From positions 1 to 59,161 of the forward strand of contig CAZVGV010000005.1 in assembly GCA_964627055.1 (NCBI GenBank): DNA of 59,161 bases, in the 5' to 3' direction. The DNA comes from an uncultured Gammaproteobacteria bacterium (lineage in GTDB: Bacteria > Patescibacteriota > Patescibacteriia > Magasanikbacterales > JBBTQS01). Both the position numbers and the translations under genes were made by a program. This document shows, piece by piece, positions 25,775 through 35,772 of this stretch (positions within the stretch are counted from its first letter, which is position 1; each line of letters starts with the position of its first letter). The notes beneath the pieces were generated by a model that made no database searches, was not told the origin of the DNA, and worked only from the letters and a program-made list of their open reading frames with translations.

Positions 25775-26767
25775 TTAGATTACAGTAATGACTCCTGTGT
25801 ACATTCCCATGCTGCAAGAGAAGGTGAGCTTGCCTGGAGTCGCAGGTGCTACAAAGGTAACGACCGCTGATTGCCCTGGGGCAACCGTGCGCTGGATCCC
25901 TAATTTGGGAATGGTGAACGCTTGAGCACAGGTATATGCATCGGCATTTGTGAGACGAAGAGTGACCAGAGATCCAGCTTTTACTGTGAGGTTCCTTGGG
26001 GTGTATCCAGAGGGCTGGATGGTGATCGTCAGTGCAGATTGTGGCAGACTGTTCGTAGAATCTTGTGATGAAGAGGTGGAAGAGATATCAACGCCACTGA
26101 GCACTAATACTCCTCTGAGGTTGTAGAGTGCAAGTAATAATATGAATACGCCAGCAACTTTGAAGAAGCGACGTTGGTACGCATCTCCCAATTGGGTAGC
26201 GAAATATCCGAGGATGAAGAAGAGTGGGGCAGTGCCGAGCACGAATGAGAAAAGAATTGCGGCGCCGTACCATGGACTACCAGAGGCAATCGCGAGCGCC
26301 ATCATCGCCTGGGTTGTACCGCAGGGGATGAATACCGTGAATGCTCCAAGGAGCGCAGGTGCGAATACATCTTTACTTTTTGTTTGATTACGTACAAGGC
26401 GCGTGAGAAATTTGGGCGGCTGAAGTGCAAAGTGTCGGAAGAATGGGTGTACATTCAGGAGATTCAATCCGGTACCAATCATGAACAGCGCCACAAGACC
26501 AAGCATGATTGCCTGCGCTCGTACGGAGAGCGTGAAGACGGAGCCAAACCAACCAAGGAGGAATCCGAGGAAAGTGTACGCGACTAGTTTTGCAAGGATG
26601 AAGGCAAGAATTGGCTTTGCATTTCCGTGCTTCACGCCTTCCTGGAGGCGTTCTTGTTCTCGTTGTGAGATCGTGCTCGCAAGTAGTCCGCCTTGTACCG
26701 CAAGACACGTAAGGCCGCCCGTTACAAGTCCAGTAAGAAAAATAACAAAGAGATTGGAGTTTTCCAT
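25775..26767 (-). CDS. TauE/SafE (DsbD_2)-type membrane protein with C-terminal cupredoxin domain
   Basis: TCLAVQGG, IPCG, multiple TMs; C-term FSCSMGMY. Confidence 0.85.
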   Translation of the reverse strand: MENSNLFVIFLTGLVTGGLTCLAVQGGLLASTISQREQERLQEGVKHGNAKPILAFILAKLVAYTFLGFLLGWFGSVFTLSVRAQAIMLGLVALFMIGTGLNLLNVHPFFRHFALQPPKFLTRLVRNQTKSKDVFAPALLGAFTVFIPCGTTQAMMALAIASGSPWYGAAILFSFVLGTAPLFFILGYFATQLGDAYQRRFFKVAGVFILLLALYNLRGVLVLSGVDISSTSSSQDSTNSLPQSALTITIQPSGYTPRNLTVKAGSLVTLRLTNADAYTCAQAFTIPKLGIQRTVAPGQSAVVTFVAPATPGKLTFSCSMGMYTGVITVI

Positions 26768-26769
26768 AC

Positions 26770-29043
26770 TTAGAGCCGGGTTCCTTTGAGGCGTAATGAG
26801 TTAAGAATAACAGAGACAGAGCTGAATGCCATCGCAGCGCCAGCAAAGACGGGACTGAGTAACCAACCGAAGAAGGGGAAGAAGATTCCGCTTGCGAGAG
26901 GGATTCCAATGACATTATAAACGAATGCCCAGAAAAGGTTTTGTTTGATGCCACGCATGGTAAGGCGTGAGAGACGAATCGCCTTGTTAATTTTGGAGAT
27001 ATCGCCGTGCAGAAGAGCAATGCCAGCAGATTCCAGTGCCACATCGGTTCCTGTTGCCATTGCGATTCCTACGTCAGCTTGGGCCAGCGCTGGAGCATCA
27101 TTAATTCCATCACCTGCCATGGCAACAATTTCTCCTGCGTCCTGGAGCTCTTTGACCTTGTCGAGTTTCATTCCGGGGAGAACTCCTGAGACAATGTCAG
27201 TGATACCCACTTGCGCACCGACAAATCGTGCAGTGTTCTCCGTATCACCGGTGAGCATCACGACGTTTACGCCAGAGGAGCGTAGTGCGGAGATGGCATC
27301 CTTTGCCTCAGGCTTGATAGCATCAGCAACAAAGACTACACCAAGGAGTGCGTTCTTTCGAGCGAGAAGAACTGGCGTCTTGCCTTCACGGGTTGCAATA
27401 TCGATCGCGCGATCGTCGAAGGAGATTGCAAGGTCGTGCATGAGGGTACTGTTGCCGGCCCAGTAGGTCTCGCCGTTGATAACTCCTGTCACGCCTTTAC
27501 CTTTGATGGCTTCAAATTTTGTTACGGGATGTATGCCAACAGTGTGATGTTGCGCGTATGAAGTGATCGCATGTGCGATCGGATGCTCAGATGTTCCTTC
27601 AAGCGAAGCAAGGAGTGAGATGAGCTCGCCTTCTGAGGTGCCTGGCGCTGCTTGAATGGATGTAAGCTCTGGCTTGCCCTTTGTGAGTGTACCGGTTTTG
27701 TCTACGACGACTGTTGTTACACTGTGCAGCTTCTGGAGTGAGGCTGCGTCCTTGATCAAGATCCCTTCTGCGGCACCTTTGCCAACACCTACAATCACCG
27801 CAGTTGGTGTTGCAAGACCAAGGGCGCAGGGACAAGCGATGACAAGGATACCTACGAATGAGACCAATCCACCAGAGAGTGCCTGAGAAAAGCCGAGGTA
27901 TGGTGTTCCGACGCCGATCCATGCGAGGAATGTGACAAAGGCGATGCCAATGACTACTGGAACAAATACGGCAGAGATTTTGTCTGCGAGTGCTTGAATG
28001 GGTGCCTTACTTCCTTGGGCATTTTGCACCATCGTGATGATCGACGCGAGCATGGTTTCTGCACCGATTTTTGTGGCGCGGAAGGTGAATGTCCCTGTGG
28101 TGTTCACTGTGCCTGCTACGACAGTATCACCTGGATTCTTTTCTTCGGGCATTGGCTCACCAGTGACCATAGATTCGTCAACAAACGAACTGCCATCAAG
28201 TACGACACCATCCACAGGGATTTTGGTGCCAGGTTTGATGATAATGGTATCTCCACGCAGCACTGATTCAACAGGTACGGATTCCTCTTTGCCGTCACGG
28301 AGGACACGTGCTGTTTTTGCTTGGAGTGTGAGAAGTTTTTCGATAGCGTCACCGGTACGGAGCTTGGCGCGTGCTTCTAGGAATTTACCAAGGGTGATGA
28401 AGGTGATAACTACGATGGTAACATCATAGTATCCGTATTCAACAGAAAGATATGGTCGCAGCACTTCTTCAAAAGCACTCACAACAAAGCTATAGATGAA
28501 CGCTGCAAGCGTGCCGATGCCGATGAGTGTGTCCATGTTTGCCTTGCCGTAGCGGAAGAATCGGTAAACACCGGCGAGGTAGGGGGTTCCTACAGCGAAC
28601 AATGTGTAGGTGGCAAACAGCGGCATGAGATGGTGGAAAAATTCCTTCCAAACGATCGGCATTTCAGGGAGCGATCCGATTTGAATGAGAAACTCCCAGA
28701 TCATGAGTAGTACACTAAAGATTGCCAAAGGAATGACAGAAAGAACCTGGTGCTTGAATGAGCGGATTGCTCGTTCCTTTTCTTGGCGCGATTGCTGCGC
28801 ACTGGTGTGTTGCGTATGGTCCTCAGCTTGTTGATCGATGAGTGAGTATCCTAGTGATTCAATAGCCTTGGAAAGTTGTGTGGGATTGGTATGTGCGGTG
28901 TCGAAGACTACGCGTGCGGTCTCAGTGCCATAGTTCACATCTACTGACGTAACACCTGCCTGCTTCTTGAGGGTGCGGGTAATGATATTGGCACAGGAAG
29001 CGCAGTGCATTCCTTTGACAGGGAAATTCCGGTTTGACTCCAT
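26770..29043 (-). CDS. copA: Cu(I)-translocating P1B-type ATPase
   Basis: CASC metal-binding domain, [32 protein letters not shown]. Confidence 0.96.
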   Translation of the reverse strand: MESNRNFPVKGMHCASCANIITRTLKKQAGVTSVDVNYGTETARVVFDTAHTNPTQLSKAIESLGYSLIDQQAEDHTQHTSAQQSRQEKERAIRSFKHQVLSVIPLAIFSVLLMIWEFLIQIGSLPEMPIVWKEFFHHLMPLFATYTLFAVGTPYLAGVYRFFRYGKANMDTLIGIGTLAAFIYSFVVSAFEEVLRPYLSVEYGYYDVTIVVITFITLGKFLEARAKLRTGDAIEKLLTLQAKTARVLRDGKEESVPVESVLRGDTIIIKPGTKIPVDGVVLDGSSFVDESMVTGEPMPEEKNPGDTVVAGTVNTTGTFTFRATKIGAETMLASIITMVQNAQGSKAPIQALADKISAVFVPVVIGIAFVTFLAWIGVGTPYLGFSQALSGGLVSFVGILVIACPCALGLATPTAVIVGVGKGAAEGILIKDAASLQKLHSVTTVVVDKTGTLTKGKPELTSIQAAPGTSEGELISLLASLEGTSEHPIAHAITSYAQHHTVGIHPVTKFEAIKGKGVTGVINGETYWAGNSTLMHDLAISFDDRAIDIATREGKTPVLLARKNALLGVVFVADAIKPEAKDAISALRSSGVNVVMLTGDTENTARFVGAQVGITDIVSGVLPGMKLDKVKELQDAGEIVAMAGDGINDAPALAQADVGIAMATGTDVALESAGIALLHGDISKINKAIRLSRLTMRGIKQNLFWAFVYNVIGIPLASGIFFPFFGWLLSPVFAGAAMAFSSVSVILNSLRLKGTRL

Positions 29044-29044
29044 A

Positions 29045-29311
29045 TCAGGCTTTTTTAATGATACCCATTATTTCTTCGATGGCTTTTTTCTCTCGACCTT
29101 CTCGGATTGCCTTTGCTGCACAGGTGGTGAGGTGGTTCTCGAGAATGATCTGATCGGTATCGCGTAGTGCTTTTTGCACGGCCTTGGATTGGTGGATGAT
29201 ATCAATGCAATAGGATCCTGACTCCATCATCTCGATAACTTTTTTGAGATGACCGAGCGAAATTTTGTAGCGATGCAGGATTCGTTCTTTTTCAGATTTG
29301 GGTTTGTACAT
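29045..29311 (-). CDS. csoR: Metal-sensitive repressor CsoR
   Basis: GHL, YC.DI..Q..AV, NHL..C. Confidence 0.92.
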   Translation of the reverse strand: MYKPKSEKERILHRYKISLGHLKKVIEMMESGSYCIDIIHQSKAVQKALRDTDQIILENHLTTCAAKAIREGREKKAIEEIMGIIKKA

Positions 29312-29326
29312 GTGTGCGATGTTAAG

Positions 29327-29341
29327 TCCCCCTCTGGGGGA
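29327..29341. promoter_or_regulatory. Putative CsoR operator
   Basis: TCCCCC-TCT-GGGGGA inverted repeat immediately downstream of the minus-strand -10 (TACCAT 29343-29348; -35 TTGACG 29367-29372). Confidence 0.7.
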
Positions 29342-29398
29342 TATGGTACGCCAGGTATTTGAGTGGCGTCAAATCAAGACAAGAAACCCATGTTTTTA

Positions 29399-29428
29399 TT
29401 GACAGTGCGAGAAACCGAATGGTACCGT
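29399..29428 (+). promoter_or_regulatory. thrS promoter
   Basis: TTGACA-N18-TACCGT with extended TG. Confidence 0.6.
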
Positions 29429-29465
29429 ATGGAGTACGGGATCTCCCGTTTTTCTTAGATTTGTT

Positions 29466-31211
29466 ATGCAAGACGAACAGGTTAGCCATTTGCGACACTC
29501 ACTCGCGCATCTTCTGGCAGCGGCAGTATTGGAGTTGTATCCTGATACGAAGCGGGCGATTGGTCCTGCAATCGAGGATGGATTCTATTATGATTTTGAA
29601 TTTTCTGCTCCGCTTCCAGAGTCTGCGTTGCCAGCAATCGAGCAGAAGATGCGAGAAATTCTGAAGACGTGGAGCACGTTCGAGCGTCGTGAGGTAACCG
29701 CAGATGAGGCGCGAGCGTTGTTCGCGGGGAATCCGTACAAGCTTGAATTGATCGAAGAATTTTCTAAGGGTGGACAGATGCTCACTACATATACCTCAGG
29801 GTCGTATGTAGATTTGTGTCGTGGAGGTCACACAGAGAGCGCAAAGGAAATTGATCCGAAGTGTTTTTCTCTGGATCGTGTCGCTGGTGCGTATTGGCGT
29901 GGAGACGAGCACAACACTATGTTGACGCGTGTGTATGGTCTGTCCTTTGCAACAAAGGACGAGCTCGTTGCACACAAAGCAATGCTTGCAGAAGCAGCAA
30001 AACGGGATCATCGGAAGCTTGGTCAAGAATTAGATCTCTTTGCGTTCAGCCCGTTGGTGGGTCCTGGGTTACCATTGTTCACCCCACGTGGAACTGTGAT
30101 GCGCAAATTGCTTGAGGAGTTTGTGTGGGAGCTCATGCGCCCGTATGGGTATGATCGTGTAACAATCCCACACATGGCGAAGGTGGATCTCTACAAGACC
30201 AGTGGTCACTGGGATAAGTTCCAGGATGATATCTTCCATGTTTCTAGTAAGAAGACAGATGATCTGTTCATCATGAAGCCGATGAACTGCCCGCATCACA
30301 CGCAAATCTATGCGTCGCGTCCGCGCTCGTATCGTGACTTGCCGCTGCGCTATTCCGAAGTGACTACTGTGTATCGTGACGAAAACACAGGACAGCTTGC
30401 AGGGCTTTCACGTGTGCGTTCTATTACTCAAGACGATGCGCACATCTTCTGTCGCATGGATCAAATCCAGCAAGAAGTTGAGGGTGTATACCAGATTGTC
30501 ACCAAGTTTTACGAAACCTTTGGTATGGCGTTGCGTATCCGTCTTTCGTTACACGACACAGCAAAGCCAGAGAAGTATCTCGGATCTCCAGAAATGTGGG
30601 AGCAGTCCGTAGGTATGTTGCGTGGTGTGCTTGAAGCCAAGGGTAAGGAGTATGAGGTAGGTGTAGGTGAGGCAGCATTCTACGGTCCAAAGATTGACTT
30701 CATGGCGAAGGATGCGATCGGGCGTGAGTGGCAGCTTGCTACGGTGCAGTTGGATTTTAACCAGCCAGAACGGTTTGGCTTGGAGTATGCGGCTGCTGAT
30801 GGCACGAAGCAGCGACCAGTGATGGTGCACCGCGCAATCTCTGGTTCGCTCGAGCGATTTATGGCCGTTATTATCGAACACTATGCTGGAGCATTTCCTG
30901 TGTGGCTTGCACCGGTGCAGGTGCTTCTCTTGCCAGTAGGAGAGGGACATCGCGATGCGGCACGAGACATTGCAGCGCAGATGAACACCATTGGTATTCG
31001 TGCAGAGGTAGATCTCTCTGATGAGACCGTGGGTAAGAAGATCCGCGCAGCGGAGAAGAGCAAGGTTCCTTATATGGTAGTTATTGGTGAGAAGGAGATT
31101 GCTGGTGAGCCGTGGCAGATTCGCCGGCATGGTGTTGCGGATCAGTTCGCACTCACCCGTGAGGCATTCATGGAGCGTGTGCTTCAAGAGACGAAAGAAC
31201 GTAGCGCGTAA
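29466..31211 (+). CDS. thrS: Threonine--tRNA ligase (lacks N-terminal TGS domain)
   Basis: RHSLAH, DLCRG.H, RDHRKLG, KPMNCP, FYGPKID, H.AI.GS.ERF. Confidence 0.98.
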   Translation: MQDEQVSHLRHSLAHLLAAAVLELYPDTKRAIGPAIEDGFYYDFEFSAPLPESALPAIEQKMREILKTWSTFERREVTADEARALFAGNPYKLELIEEFSKGGQMLTTYTSGSYVDLCRGGHTESAKEIDPKCFSLDRVAGAYWRGDEHNTMLTRVYGLSFATKDELVAHKAMLAEAAKRDHRKLGQELDLFAFSPLVGPGLPLFTPRGTVMRKLLEEFVWELMRPYGYDRVTIPHMAKVDLYKTSGHWDKFQDDIFHVSSKKTDDLFIMKPMNCPHHTQIYASRPRSYRDLPLRYSEVTTVYRDENTGQLAGLSRVRSITQDDAHIFCRMDQIQQEVEGVYQIVTKFYETFGMALRIRLSLHDTAKPEKYLGSPEMWEQSVGMLRGVLEAKGKEYEVGVGEAAFYGPKIDFMAKDAIGREWQLATVQLDFNQPERFGLEYAAADGTKQRPVMVHRAISGSLERFMAVIIEHYAGAFPVWLAPVQVLLLPVGEGHRDAARDIAAQMNTIGIRAEVDLSDETVGKKIRAAEKSKVPYMVVIGEKEIAGEPWQIRRHGVADQFALTREAFMERVLQETKERSA

Positions 31212-31234
31212 AGTTCCTAGTTTACAGAAAAATA

Positions 31235-31268
31235 CAAAAGGGGTACGGTGAATTCCGTACCCCTTTTG
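31235..31268. terminator. Perfect 14-bp bidirectional terminator hairpin
   Basis: CAAAAGGGGTACGG-TGAATT-CCGTACCCCTTTTG. Confidence 0.8.
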
Positions 31269-31270
31269 GT

Positions 31271-32200
31271 ATGGAATCTCTTGTACTCCCCAAACTCATC
31301 GCCATTGTTGGACCGACTGCCTCAGGTAAGACTGATCTTTCTCTTGCGGTAGCAAAGGCAGTGGGTGGAGAGATCATTAATGCTGATTCTCGTCAGCTGT
31401 ATCGTGGAATGGATATTGGAACAGCTAAGGAGCCTAATGATGGTTCTGTTGCTGGTGCGTATGCGGTTCAGGGAGTTGTCCATCACCTTATTGACATTGC
31501 AGATCCTGATCAGGAGATTACACTTGCACATTACCAGGCACTTACGTTTCGTGCGATTGCAGATATTACTGCACGCGGGAAGGTGCCGATGTTGGTTGGT
31601 GGAACTGGGTTATATGTGCAGGCAGTTATTGATAACCTCGATATTCCTCGAGTACCACCTAATGCTGCGCTGCGTCATGAGCTCGAAGCACAATCAACAG
31701 AAGAACTCATGCGCATTCTCACTGCAGAAGATCCAGAGGCAGCAGAGACGATGGATCCATTTAATCGTCGGTACATCATTCGTGCTATCGAAATTGTTCG
31801 TACAACAGGCAAGAGCAATGCGTCACAAAAGCAGTGTGGTGAGCCCCGTTGCAATGCGCTTCTCCTGGGAGTACAGCGTAATCGTGAGGAATTGGTGGAG
31901 CGCATTCACCTTCGTATTCAGCAAATGCTTGATGCTGGACTTATCGACGAGACCAAGCGGTTGATTGCAAAGTATGGTTTGCACCTCTCTGCAATGAGTT
32001 CTATTGGTTACAGCGAGATGGAATCGTACATTCGAGGAGAGCTTTCGCTAGAAGCGGCGATTGAGCGCATGGAGTCGCGCACTCGCCAGTTCGCACGAAG
32101 GCAGGTCACATGGTGGCGACGTCCTGGAACGCGAGATGTGACTTGGGTAGAGTCTATCGATCAAGCGGTTGCACTTGCTCGTGAATTTCTTCGGGTATAG
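31271..32200 (+). CDS. miaA: tRNA dimethylallyltransferase
   Basis: GPTASGKT, INADSRQ.Y.GMDIGTAK, HHL, GGTGLY, RQ.TW. Confidence 0.97.
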   Translation: MESLVLPKLIAIVGPTASGKTDLSLAVAKAVGGEIINADSRQLYRGMDIGTAKEPNDGSVAGAYAVQGVVHHLIDIADPDQEITLAHYQALTFRAIADITARGKVPMLVGGTGLYVQAVIDNLDIPRVPPNAALRHELEAQSTEELMRILTAEDPEAAETMDPFNRRYIIRAIEIVRTTGKSNASQKQCGEPRCNALLLGVQRNREELVERIHLRIQQMLDAGLIDETKRLIAKYGLHLSAMSSIGYSEMESYIRGELSLEAAIERMESRTRQFARRQVTWWRRPGTRDVTWVESIDQAVALAREFLRV

Positions 32201-32225
32201 GTGAGCTGTGCTATACTGGAAACCT

Positions 32226-32693
32226 ATGGGAAGACCACTACCATCACGTCCAGATCCGTCAGCGTTGCGTAATCAAATTCGATTCGGTAGCTCGATTTCG
32301 GATATGGCGGCAAATCGAGTGCTTAAGAATACGAATCTCCCGACAGATCGCCCCATGACACTGCATGAACAGGCAGAGTTGCGACGCAAGGCCGCACGCA
32401 TGCAGCGTAATATCAGCTATGATCGTCGCAAGGAGAATTACGAAGCATATCAGGCAGAGATTGCTGCAGAGAAGTCTGGACAAGCTCCACAACAAAAAAC
32501 ACCGGGAGGTCCTGTGCGTCAGGTTGCTCACGGTGTTGCGGCACAAGCGGATGCGTCACTCAAGAGTCATGGGGTAAGTGCAAAGGGAACGGGCACCACG
32601 GGGCTTGCAAGTGCTCCTGGATCAACAACGAAGCCTTCAGGACCGGTTCAGCCGAGTACACCTCCACCAATGCTCAAAGACATCATGTTTTGA
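32226..32693 (+). CDS. Hypothetical low-complexity protein
   Basis: Preceded by extended -10 TGCTATACT; coiled segment then G/S/T/P-rich tail. Confidence 0.6.
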   Translation: MGRPLPSRPDPSALRNQIRFGSSISDMAANRVLKNTNLPTDRPMTLHEQAELRRKAARMQRNISYDRRKENYEAYQAEIAAEKSGQAPQQKTPGGPVRQVAHGVAAQADASLKSHGVSAKGTGTTGLASAPGSTTKPSGPVQPSTPPPMLKDIMF

Positions 32694-33337
32694 TTGAGAC
32701 GGTCAATCGTTGCTGCAGGGTCAGGTGATGCAAATATTTCGCTTGCCATGACGAGATCTTCGAAGCCGAGTGCTACCAAGTGCTCGGCGTTATTTTCGTG
32801 TACACCGCCATCTACGATGAATCGTTGTGAATCGGGGAATGTAGTGCGAACACGCGTCATAAGTGCAGCAAGCTCGGGTAGTGCCATGCGCTGTCCTGAG
32901 AATCCGATATTCTCAATACCCATAAGAAGATGCCCATACGGATCCATGGGTGTAATGGTTGGTGCAAACGGTGCGGGATTGGTGAGCAGTCGCCACCCAA
33001 TGTACAACGATGCGTTGAGGCGCTTTGCTGCAGCAACAATACGGTCAGCGTCAAAGGCAGCTGCCTCAGCATGTACGATCACGCGCGCAACGTTGTGCGC
33101 TGAAGTCCAAGACTCAAGCACTAAGTCAGGCTTGTCTACCATGAGGTGCAATTCAAGTCGTGGGTGTGGTTGGTCCCAGGTCGCAAGGATTGCGGGGTCT
33201 GCCCAAGAGGTTCGTGGCACGAATGATCCGTCGCAAATATCAATATGCACTGCATCTGTATGTCCGGTGCAAAGGGTAAGTCTTTCGTGAAAAACTGCGG
33301 GGCTGTCAACGAGAATGGAGGGGATGACCCGCGGCAT
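32648..33337 (-). CDS. rpe: Ribulose-phosphate 3-epimerase
   Basis: PSIL, HIDICDG.FV, ELHLMV, MG...GFSGQ, VDGG. Confidence 0.9.
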   Translation of the reverse strand: MPRVIPSILVDSPAVFHERLTLCTGHTDAVHIDICDGSFVPRTSWADPAILATWDQPHPRLELHLMVDKPDLVLESWTSAHNVARVIVHAEAAAFDADRIVAAAKRLNASLYIGWRLLTNPAPFAPTITPMDPYGHLLMGIENIGFSGQRMALPELAALMTRVRTTFPDSQRFIVDGGVHENNAEHLVALGFEDLVMASEIFASPDPAATIDRLNQNMMSLSIGGGVLG

Positions 33338-33360
33338 AGCGCGTCAGAATACGTCCGACG

Positions 33361-33831
33361 TTATTCGCCGGATGCTTCGATAGCTTCGATTTTTGCGAGG
33401 CGACGCTTGAATCGTCCTTCTTCTGAAAATGGTGTTTCGAGCCAGATACGTGTGATGGCGCGTGCGTATTCGTGGGAAAGCACCTTGCCTGCGAGACAGA
33501 GGATATTGGTGTTGTCGTCTGAACGCATGGTTCGTGCAGCGAGTGTGTTGTATCCGATGCCTGCACGAATACCCTTGAACTTATTGGCTGCGATACAAAC
33601 GCCAACGCCATTGGCACAGATAAGTACACCGAGATTGTTCTTGCCTCGGCGGACTTTCTTTACTACTTTCTCTGCGATATCAGGGAAGTCGTCATCTGCA
33701 ACCAGGGTTGCAGGGCCAACATCTTCGATCTCAAATTGCGGCACGCCGTTGACGAGCTGCTCGGAGAGATGCTTGATGAGATCATTTTTGAGATCGAATC
33801 CCGCGTGATCCGCGCCGATGTAGATCTTCAT
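33361..33831 (-). CDS. rpiB: Ribose-5-phosphate isomerase B
   Basis: IGADHAGF.LK, DDFPD, C..G.G..IAANK.KGIRA, NILCL, RRL.KI. Confidence 0.9.
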   Translation of the reverse strand: MKIYIGADHAGFDLKNDLIKHLSEQLVNGVPQFEIEDVGPATLVADDDFPDIAEKVVKKVRRGKNNLGVLICANGVGVCIAANKFKGIRAGIGYNTLAARTMRSDDNTNILCLAGKVLSHEYARAITRIWLETPFSEEGRFKRRLAKIEAIEASGE

Positions 33832-33879
33832 AGTAGGTGTGGACAAGATGAAATTAGTATAGCACAGGTTGGGGTGAGC

Positions 33880-33908
33880 TTGACATTTTTTGCAAAATAT
33901 GATATAAA
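33880..33908 (+). promoter_or_regulatory. Sigma70-type promoter of orphan gene
   Basis: TTGACA-N17-TATAAA with extended TG. Confidence 0.7.
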
Positions 33909-33983
33909 TTCCGGTCATTTGCCGAATGTTCGGCGAGTGAAACAATGCTAATTACAGCGCAATTCGCGCAAGGAGGCTCGATC

Positions 33984-34685
33984 ATGAGCAAGGTACTGGC
34001 TTCGATGTTCACGGTTCGTGATGGTGAGGTTCTCGAGGGTGTGCAGGTGCGGCGTTGGTGTGTTCGCACCGGCGCAGTGACCGATGCCCGGCAGGGCATG
34101 GACATCGACGCGCACTACGGTGTGCGTCATCGATGGACCGAATTCAAGGTGAGCAAGGACGCGCCTCCGCAGGTCACGGTTGAGGAGTTGGGAACCAGCC
34201 GTGAGCGGGGTATGCTCTACCAGGTCGGATTGCAGGAGGGCATGTTGTTCTCACGCGCCGGTGTGCCTGACTACACCGAGTCCGATGGGTACACGTCGAT
34301 CGTGCTGCTCGACACCTGGGCGTATCCGGTTTCTGCAGATGCCGGTGAGCCCAACCCGGTGCAGCACGGAGAGTTCAACCTGGAGGTCGAGGGTGCGCTG
34401 CTCACACAGCGCATCGGAGGGATCGGGTGTGGGCTCCACTTGGGCAAGGCGCAGTACAAGTACCAGGTGGTGCCGCTGTTGATGCGGCCGGGGTCGAAGC
34501 TGCGGATTCGGTTCGCGGGGATCGCCGGAGAGTACATCCTCTTCAACGACCCGGCGGGCAAGACGCCGCAGGAGGCGATGCGGTTCGACTCCGTAACGCG
34601 AGTGACACGTCCGTCCGTTACCCCGGAGCGACTTCGGGCCATCGCTGGTCGAATTGCGGCTCGGTACTCGCAGCCGGCTGCGTAG
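33984..34685 (+). CDS. Hypothetical protein, GC-rich orphan
   Basis: SD AAGGAGG 7 nt before ATG; own promoter and terminator. Confidence 0.7.
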   Translation: MSKVLASMFTVRDGEVLEGVQVRRWCVRTGAVTDARQGMDIDAHYGVRHRWTEFKVSKDAPPQVTVEELGTSRERGMLYQVGLQEGMLFSRAGVPDYTESDGYTSIVLLDTWAYPVSADAGEPNPVQHGEFNLEVEGALLTQRIGGIGCGLHLGKAQYKYQVVPLLMRPGSKLRIRFAGIAGEYILFNDPAGKTPQEAMRFDSVTRVTRPSVTPERLRAIAGRIAARYSQPAA

Positions 34686-34721
34686 ACGAACGACACGTGG
34701 CTGGGAGGCGCCACGACAACC

Positions 34722-34760
34722 AAACCGCGATACTTCACGTATCGCGGTTTGTGTTTTGTT
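34722..34760 (+). terminator. Intrinsic terminator
   Basis: AAACCGCGATAC-TTCAC-GTATCGCGGTTT then T-rich. Confidence 0.8.
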
Positions 34761-34820
34761 GACTATTGACATTTATTGCTGAATTGGTTTACTAGAGTGA
34801 CCGACTGCGTGGAGGTAATC

Positions 34821-35639
34821 GTGAAGGAAAAAGTGGTTCATCTGCTCACGGCGATTTGGTGGATCGCCGTGGTCTATTTCGTCATTGGTGGAACGAGGAC
34901 GGTGTCCACGCTCACCAGCACGCTGAGTGAGCCTGAGCCCGTCACCAAGACTCCAGTTGTGCAAGCGGCTGTCACGGCTCAATCTCCTGAACCTATGCAG
35001 GAAGTGGAGAGCATGCTGTGTCTATGGCCTGTGCCCGACCGAGTGGAACCGATCACCCTGTGTCTGCACCACGATGGCCAAGACCCGCCGATGTGTGACG
35101 TGAAGCTGTATCAGGAGGAAGGGAATGCCAGGATGTTTTGTTCGGAACCACGTGATACCACGAATGACTGGGGAGAAGATGATTCGATGATTCGCATCAG
35201 CATTGACCCGCAGGATGCGGCGTCAGTGGTCGGGCCACCCGAGCTCGTACTCTTTAACAGGCAGGTGGGTATGGATAAGTGGTATGCGACCATGCGTCTT
35301 GGGCCTCCCAATCTTCTGGATGAGAGTTGGGTTGCGCTCGTAGGCAGGTTGTATGGAACGACACTCACCATGTACCTCCCAGACAAGATTACTGAGTCTG
35401 CGGAAGTCTGTCGTGGGTATGAATCCGAAATACAAGCTGCATCGCGAGGTCCGGACATGTCTGGTCCTGCGGTAGCAGCCGCGCCTGTGCGGCATCGTCG
35501 CGGTCAGCCCCACACGAAGACTGAGCAGGTGGCGAAGGCCCAGCAGCCTGTGAGGCGTCTGCTGGGCCTGGGAATGCTGGAAGGGGGCACGAGTATTCCC
35601 ATGTCGAGGGATGTGGTGTTCGAGCACCAGACGAAGTAA
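34821..35639 (+). CDS. Membrane-anchored/exported hypothetical protein
   Basis: GGAGGT SD before GTG; N-terminal hydrophobic helix; several Cys. Confidence 0.65.
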   Translation: MKEKVVHLLTAIWWIAVVYFVIGGTRTVSTLTSTLSEPEPVTKTPVVQAAVTAQSPEPMQEVESMLCLWPVPDRVEPITLCLHHDGQDPPMCDVKLYQEEGNARMFCSEPRDTTNDWGEDDSMIRISIDPQDAASVVGPPELVLFNRQVGMDKWYATMRLGPPNLLDESWVALVGRLYGTTLTMYLPDKITESAEVCRGYESEIQAASRGPDMSGPAVAAAPVRHRRGQPHTKTEQVAKAQQPVRRLLGLGMLEGGTSIPMSRDVVFEHQTK

Positions 35640-35682
35640 CATGACTACGAGGGCCTTGCCCCCTGGTCGTGCACCAAACCAG

Positions 35683-35721
35683 ACTCCGGTTACCAACAAG
35701 GTGACCGGAGTACTGTTTTTT
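35683..35721 (+). terminator. Intrinsic terminator
   Basis: ACTCCGGTTACC/GGTGACCGGAGT then TGTTTTTT. Confidence 0.75.
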
Positions 35722-35772
35722 CTGGACAAATACAACAAATTCGCGGTAAGGTACCCTATATTTGTACTGACT

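Noticed and set aside
29312-29465. T-box leaders upstream of thrS, ileS or trpS
   Set aside because: Leaders are short, lack the T-box motif and are explained by promoters and terminators
29466-29700. thrS as a 5'-truncated pseudogene
   Set aside because: Editing and catalytic motifs are intact, a promoter lies directly upstream, and TGS-less ThrRSs are known
34760-34800. Promoter for the 34821 orphan
   Set aside because: TTGACA is present at 34766 but there is no convincing TAnnnT at 16-18 nt spacing
35611-35772. ORF-track N-terminal extensions of ileS, rnj, rpiB, the kinase and the 48286 GT4
   Set aside because: They run through terminators, tRNAs or neighbouring genes; downstream ATGs match where family homology begins
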